From contig CM074804.1 in assembly GCA_037447605.1 (NCBI GenBank), positions 5,123,909-5,187,908 on the forward strand: a stretch of DNA of 64,000 nucleotides. The letters run 5' to 3'. Below, in pieces: positions 59,529 through 64,000 of this stretch; positions within the stretch are counted from its first letter, which is position 1, and each line of letters begins with the position of its first letter. Position numbers and translations under genes: made by a program. The DNA is from Zygnema circumcarinatum SAG 698-1b (taxonomy: Eukaryota > Plantae > Zygnematophyceae). Below the pieces are notes generated by a model that searched no databases, was not told the DNA's origin, and worked only from the letters and a program-made list of their open reading frames with translations.

Positions 59529-62500
59529 TGTTGAGATTGAGGGGTCAAAAACTGAGCCCCCTCTGGTCGTGTCTTCTCCCGTGTTGTTCTCGGCCATGAT
59601 GACTACCGTGAGCCAAGCAAGAACTGAGAGACAGTGTGTAAGAGAAAAGCCCACCGGCCGAAAACCTCTTCTTTATACAATGAAAGATACAACAGGCGCA
59701 GGCAGCAAACTACTCCTGGCTCTGGCTCTATCCTACGCTCTCTACCAAGCGTTGCTTGCGGCTTCCCTTGACTACCGCCCCCATCCTCCAACAGCTACCT
59801 ACACGCGGGAAGCACTGCTCCCAGTGCAGTAGCAGTAGGCATGAGCCTCCCCATAAAGGCTCGGGTGATTCTGGATACTAAGCTTCTCCCCGCGGAGCGG
59901 CTTATGTAGCTCGCCGGGCAGTGACCCGGTCACGGCCGCCTGCATGCACAGGCTGTACAGACCCCTACGTGGGCTCGTGTCCGCCATGGCATTCTCAGTG
60001 CGCCTTAGTGCGCCTCTGTGCAGAGGTCTCTGCACAGGGTGGCATGGCTCAGTGGGAGGGGAGCACACTCAGAGTGAGTGCGCTCTGACGCCGCCGCCTT
60101 CGCGCGAGTTTTCGAAACGCGGCTTTCTCGGTGTGCGCGAAACTTTCCGCGCGCCTAACTGAAACTCGTCCTAAGTTTCAGTTCCGAGTCGCGCGCGAAT
60201 ATTTGTCACGTCGCGCCTCCGTTCACATTCCGATCTCCGCGCTCCTTAGTCGCGTCGCGCTCCGCCGTCGTCCGTACGCCCGAACATTTCGTTTCGGTTC
60301 GTCACGTCACGGTACCATGATTTAACCTCGGACTTTTCGCGTCCGCGCCCGCGCGACCATCCTTGTCGCTTGGCGTCCGCGCCTAAGTCCCAGGTCCTTC
60401 ATGTCCTAGAGAGTCTATGTCCCAAACAGTTGTACGGCCTCTAGCGCTGTACAACAATCCCCCTCTTGGGGCTAGGCACGATAGGGTCCCAATCCGAGGA
60501 GGTGATTGTTCCTCCACATTGTCGGTCCCGAAACTCCCTTCGTCAGCATATCTGCGCCCATGTCAGCCGTCCGTACGAATGACACCGCGATCTCTCCAGC
60601 ATCCACTAACTCTCTCGTGAAGTGGTACTGGATCTTGATATGCTTGCTCTTCCGATGAAATACAGGGTTCTCAATGAGCGCGATCGAAGATTGGTTGTCC
60701 GACAGAATCTGCACCGGGAGTTGTGGTCGGTCACACTCATCAAAGAAGAGCGCGATCCACACGGCCTCCCTGGCTGCGTGACACGCGGCCATATACTCAG
60801 ATTCGGTAGAAGATAACGCCACCGTTTCGTGCAGTTTCGAACTCCAAGAAATGACGCCGCCCGCGTTCAGAAACGCGTATCCAGATGTCGATCTGGCCGT
60901 ATCCGGGTCACCTCCCCAATCAGCGTCGGTGTATCCGTACACTTCGCTGCCGCTCCCCCTCTCGAATCGGATTCCATAATGAAGCGTACCTTTGAGGTAT
61001 CGAAAGATCCTCTTAACCGCTTCCCAATGTTGTACCCCCGGATTCTCCATGTACCGGCTGGCCGTACTCACGGCCTTGGCGAGATCTGGGCGCGTTCCCA
61101 CCATGAGGTACATCAGGCTGCCGATCGCAGACCTGTACGGAATCTTCTCCATCTCCTTTCTCCCCGCTGCCGTCTGCGGGCTCATGTCCGCGCTGAGCTG
61201 CGTGCTCCCGTCCATGGGGGAGGAGCACGGGGTACACTTCTCCATTCTGAAGCATGCTAGCACCTCCCTAGCGTACTTCTCCTGGCTTAAGAACATGCTG
61301 CTATCCTTTCCCCTCTTAAGCTGAATTCCTAAGAGGTACTCCGTAGGTCCAAGATCACTCATCTGAAAGCTCTTTCTCAGCAGGTCCTTGAGGCCCTGAA
61401 TGCTCACCATTGAAGCGCTCACGATGATAAGGTCATCGACGTAGATGCCGACAAACATCTGAGCCGCTCCTTCTCCCGTCTTGTAGACCGAGTGGTCTGC
61501 TTGGAAGCGGGTGAAGCCATTCATCAAGTGCAGGCGGGCATGCCCCCCATACCAGCACCTGCCAGCTTGCTGAGCCCCGCAGAGGCTCTTCACAAGCCTG
61601 CAGCTCAGGTGCTCGGCTCCTGGTTCAACCGTCCCTTCCGGTTGCTTCATGTAGATGCTCTCCTCTAAATCCCCGTAGAGGAAGGCTGTCTTGATGTCCA
61701 GTTGATGGACATACATTCCTTCTTCAGCCGCAATGGAAATCAGAGATCGCAGGGAATTAAACTTGACGACTGGTGCGAACGTTTCCGAGTAATCTATGCC
61801 AAATTTCTGCGCAAATCCCTTCGCCACTAGCCTCGCCTTATATCTGTCTACACTCCCGTCTGATTTCCTCTTGATTTTGAAGACCCACTTACAGCCTATG
61901 GCCTTGCGGCCTGGAGGTAGCGGCTCCAGCCGCCACGTTCCGTTCTCCATGAGGCTGTCGAGTTCACTCTTGATGGCCACCTTCCACTTGGCTGCATCAT
62001 CGCACTCCAACGCTTCGGAGTACGTTTGCGGCTCCCCTTCGTGTGCCATGAGGCAGATCGCCATTCCGCAAAATCGGCGGAGTCAAGGGGAGCTCTCTCT
62101 TCAGGCTCCTCTCTCCTTCTCGTCGGCCTCCTCGTTGGTCCTCCTCTACCGAACCATTTCGGTTGATGCCTATCTCTGTAGGGTGGCTTGTCGCCGTAGT
62201 TCGGAGTGAACCCCTTTGCATTTGCATACAAGGGTGGATCCATACCGTGGCGTGGAATCCAGGTACGTGGTGCCGGTGCCTCAATTGCTTCTTCCTCTGT
62301 GGACTCCTGGTCAAAATCGTCGTCTTCGGGCTCTTCTCCTCCGGGCAGCTCCTCTTGAGGTGTCGGGGAGGGATCATGCGGCGCCTCCGGGCGCTGTGCG
62401 AATTCTTCTTGCGACTCCGATGCCGCTGGAAACAAGGGGGCAGTGGTAGGGGGTGAAGTTGACTCACTCCCAAAGATGTCCCTTACTGGAAGGAACTCAA

Positions 62501-64000
62501 TGTCGGGAGGTGGCTCCACACCTGTTCGCATCTGCTGCTCCCCTTGGAATTCTCGTCGACTTGAAGGTCACGGCTTGACATAACCTTCTGCGTGGAAGGG
62601 TTCCAGACCCTGTAGGTCAAGCTGTCGGCGTTGTAGCCGAGGAAGTAGCCGAACTCGCTTCTCGGGCTAAACTTTGTATCTAACTTGACCTTTGGAACCG
62701 CTATCCAGCACTTCGAGCCCCAGACTCTTAAGTGCTGAACTGTAGGCTTATTGCCACTCCACATTTCCTCGGGTACTTTCTTCTCATCTTTCAGGGCACT
62801 GGAAGGACACCTGTTCCGGATGTAAGCTGCCGTGAGTATTGCTTCTCCCCAAAAATCGAGGGTGAAGGGGGACTCACTCAGCATGGCTCTTGCCATGTCA
62901 CCGAGGGTTCGGTTCACCCTCTCAGCCGCGCCGTTGCTTTGCGGGCTGTAGGGAGCGGTGAACTCGTGTCGAATCCCGAGTGACTTGAGGTGAGCAGAGA
63001 ATTGGAGGGACCTGTATTCACCTCCATTGTCCGTTCGGATCCTCTGCACCTTCTCTCCGGTCTGCCTCTCTACCTCTAACTGCCAGGTCCGAAAGGTCTC
63101 AAACGCCTCACTTTTAAACTTCAGCAGTACTACCCATATCTTCCTGGAATAATCATCAAGGAAGGTGATGAAATACCTTGAACCGCCCTTTGACTCGGGA
63201 GTGATCGGTCCGCATAGATCGCTGTGGACCAACTCCAGCAGCTTGGACGCGCGATGCTTCTCCGCNNNNNNNNNNAGAAGGAAGCCAGTCTAGGAAGTAG
63301 AGTCCATCCCTCTGTGTTCCTCTGCAAAGAACCTTCCTGGTTTTTCTGTGCACTATCTTACAGGACTCCTCCCGGAAGACCCCCTCGTATCCGCCCTTGC
63401 AAATCTGACTAACCGAGAAGAAGTTATTCTTCAGGGTTGGGGTATGAAGCACACTACCAATTCTGAGTTTGGAAGCTGTCCCTTCTCCTGTGGGGGACAG
63501 CTGGACGAACCCACCATGGGTGACGGAGACCTCGTCTCCGGTTGCCGAAGTCACGGCTCGTGACTGGTCAAGCAACGTCATCTCTGTAAAGAGAGACTTA
63601 TCACCACACATATGTTTAGAGGCACCAGAGTCTATGAGCCACGGTGAAAGATTATCTTTATTCATAAAGATTTGATTTACAAATTCCGCTGGCTTGGCAT
63701 CACTTGCCATGTTACTCGCCTCTATCTGAGCCGACCCTGACCCTGGACAGTTCCGGGCCAGATGACCCGGCTTCTGGCACTGAAAACATAACATCTCCTT
63801 GCCTTTCTTCTTGTCACCGTGAGGGACACCGCTGGGTCGTCCTCCACCCTGGGCTGCCTTCTTGGTACGACAATCGGCTTCGAGATGTCCCTTCCGCTTG
63901 CAGTAGTTGCAGAATGTTCCCGGTGCGCCGCCTCTCTTCACGGGGTTTCGTTGTGCGATCACCATGACGTCTTCGGGAGACGACTTCTTTGCTCCCTTTA
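59529..64000 (-). mobile_element. Ty1/copia retrotransposon B (continues off the right edge)
   Basis: 3' LTR 59529-60456 with TG...CA ends, same PPT as element A. RT-RNase H ORF 60472-62064, integrase 62483-63232, gag/protease 63156-63965 (two CCHC knuckles, WLIDSGASKHMCG). Confidence 0.95.

Noticed and set aside
59050-60380. GC-rich ORFs within the copia LTRs
   Set aside because: No domain signal; they lie in LTRs and partly in low-accuracy sequence.

Overview
Gene-dense eukaryotic nuclear DNA from a green plant or streptophyte alga. The lineage is inferred from spliceosomal introns and plant-type genes; the species cannot be named from sequence. Host genes reconstructed by hand: an acyl-activating enzyme (first exon only), an ARAD-like GT47 glycosyltransferase, a secreted legumin-like bicupin with a RY/ABRE promoter, two head-to-head MsrA paralogues, an F-box/LRR gene, an SS4-related (SS6-like) starch synthase, a DCAF4-like WD40 gene and an orphan secreted protein. 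Between them lie several MITEs (hAT-, Tc1/mariner- and Mutator-like), a 13.8-kb Ty3/gypsy array and a nested copia cluster. Strongest candidate for an undescribed system: the gypsy array has circularly permuted, split LTR ends. The 9-mer TGTGCTACA found after the PPT reappears after the LTR end at the right border and is absent from the left border, with a CCCG duplication flanking the array. This suggests integration of a 2-LTR circle at an internal palindrome. Second candidate: a gag-bearing element whose frameshifted second ORF resembles a degenerate Dam-type methyltransferase and whose short LTR-like end carries a tRNA-like A/B box. Caveats: seven N-gaps, and several TE stretches look like error-rich sequence. 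All family assignments come from motif recognition; no database search was run.
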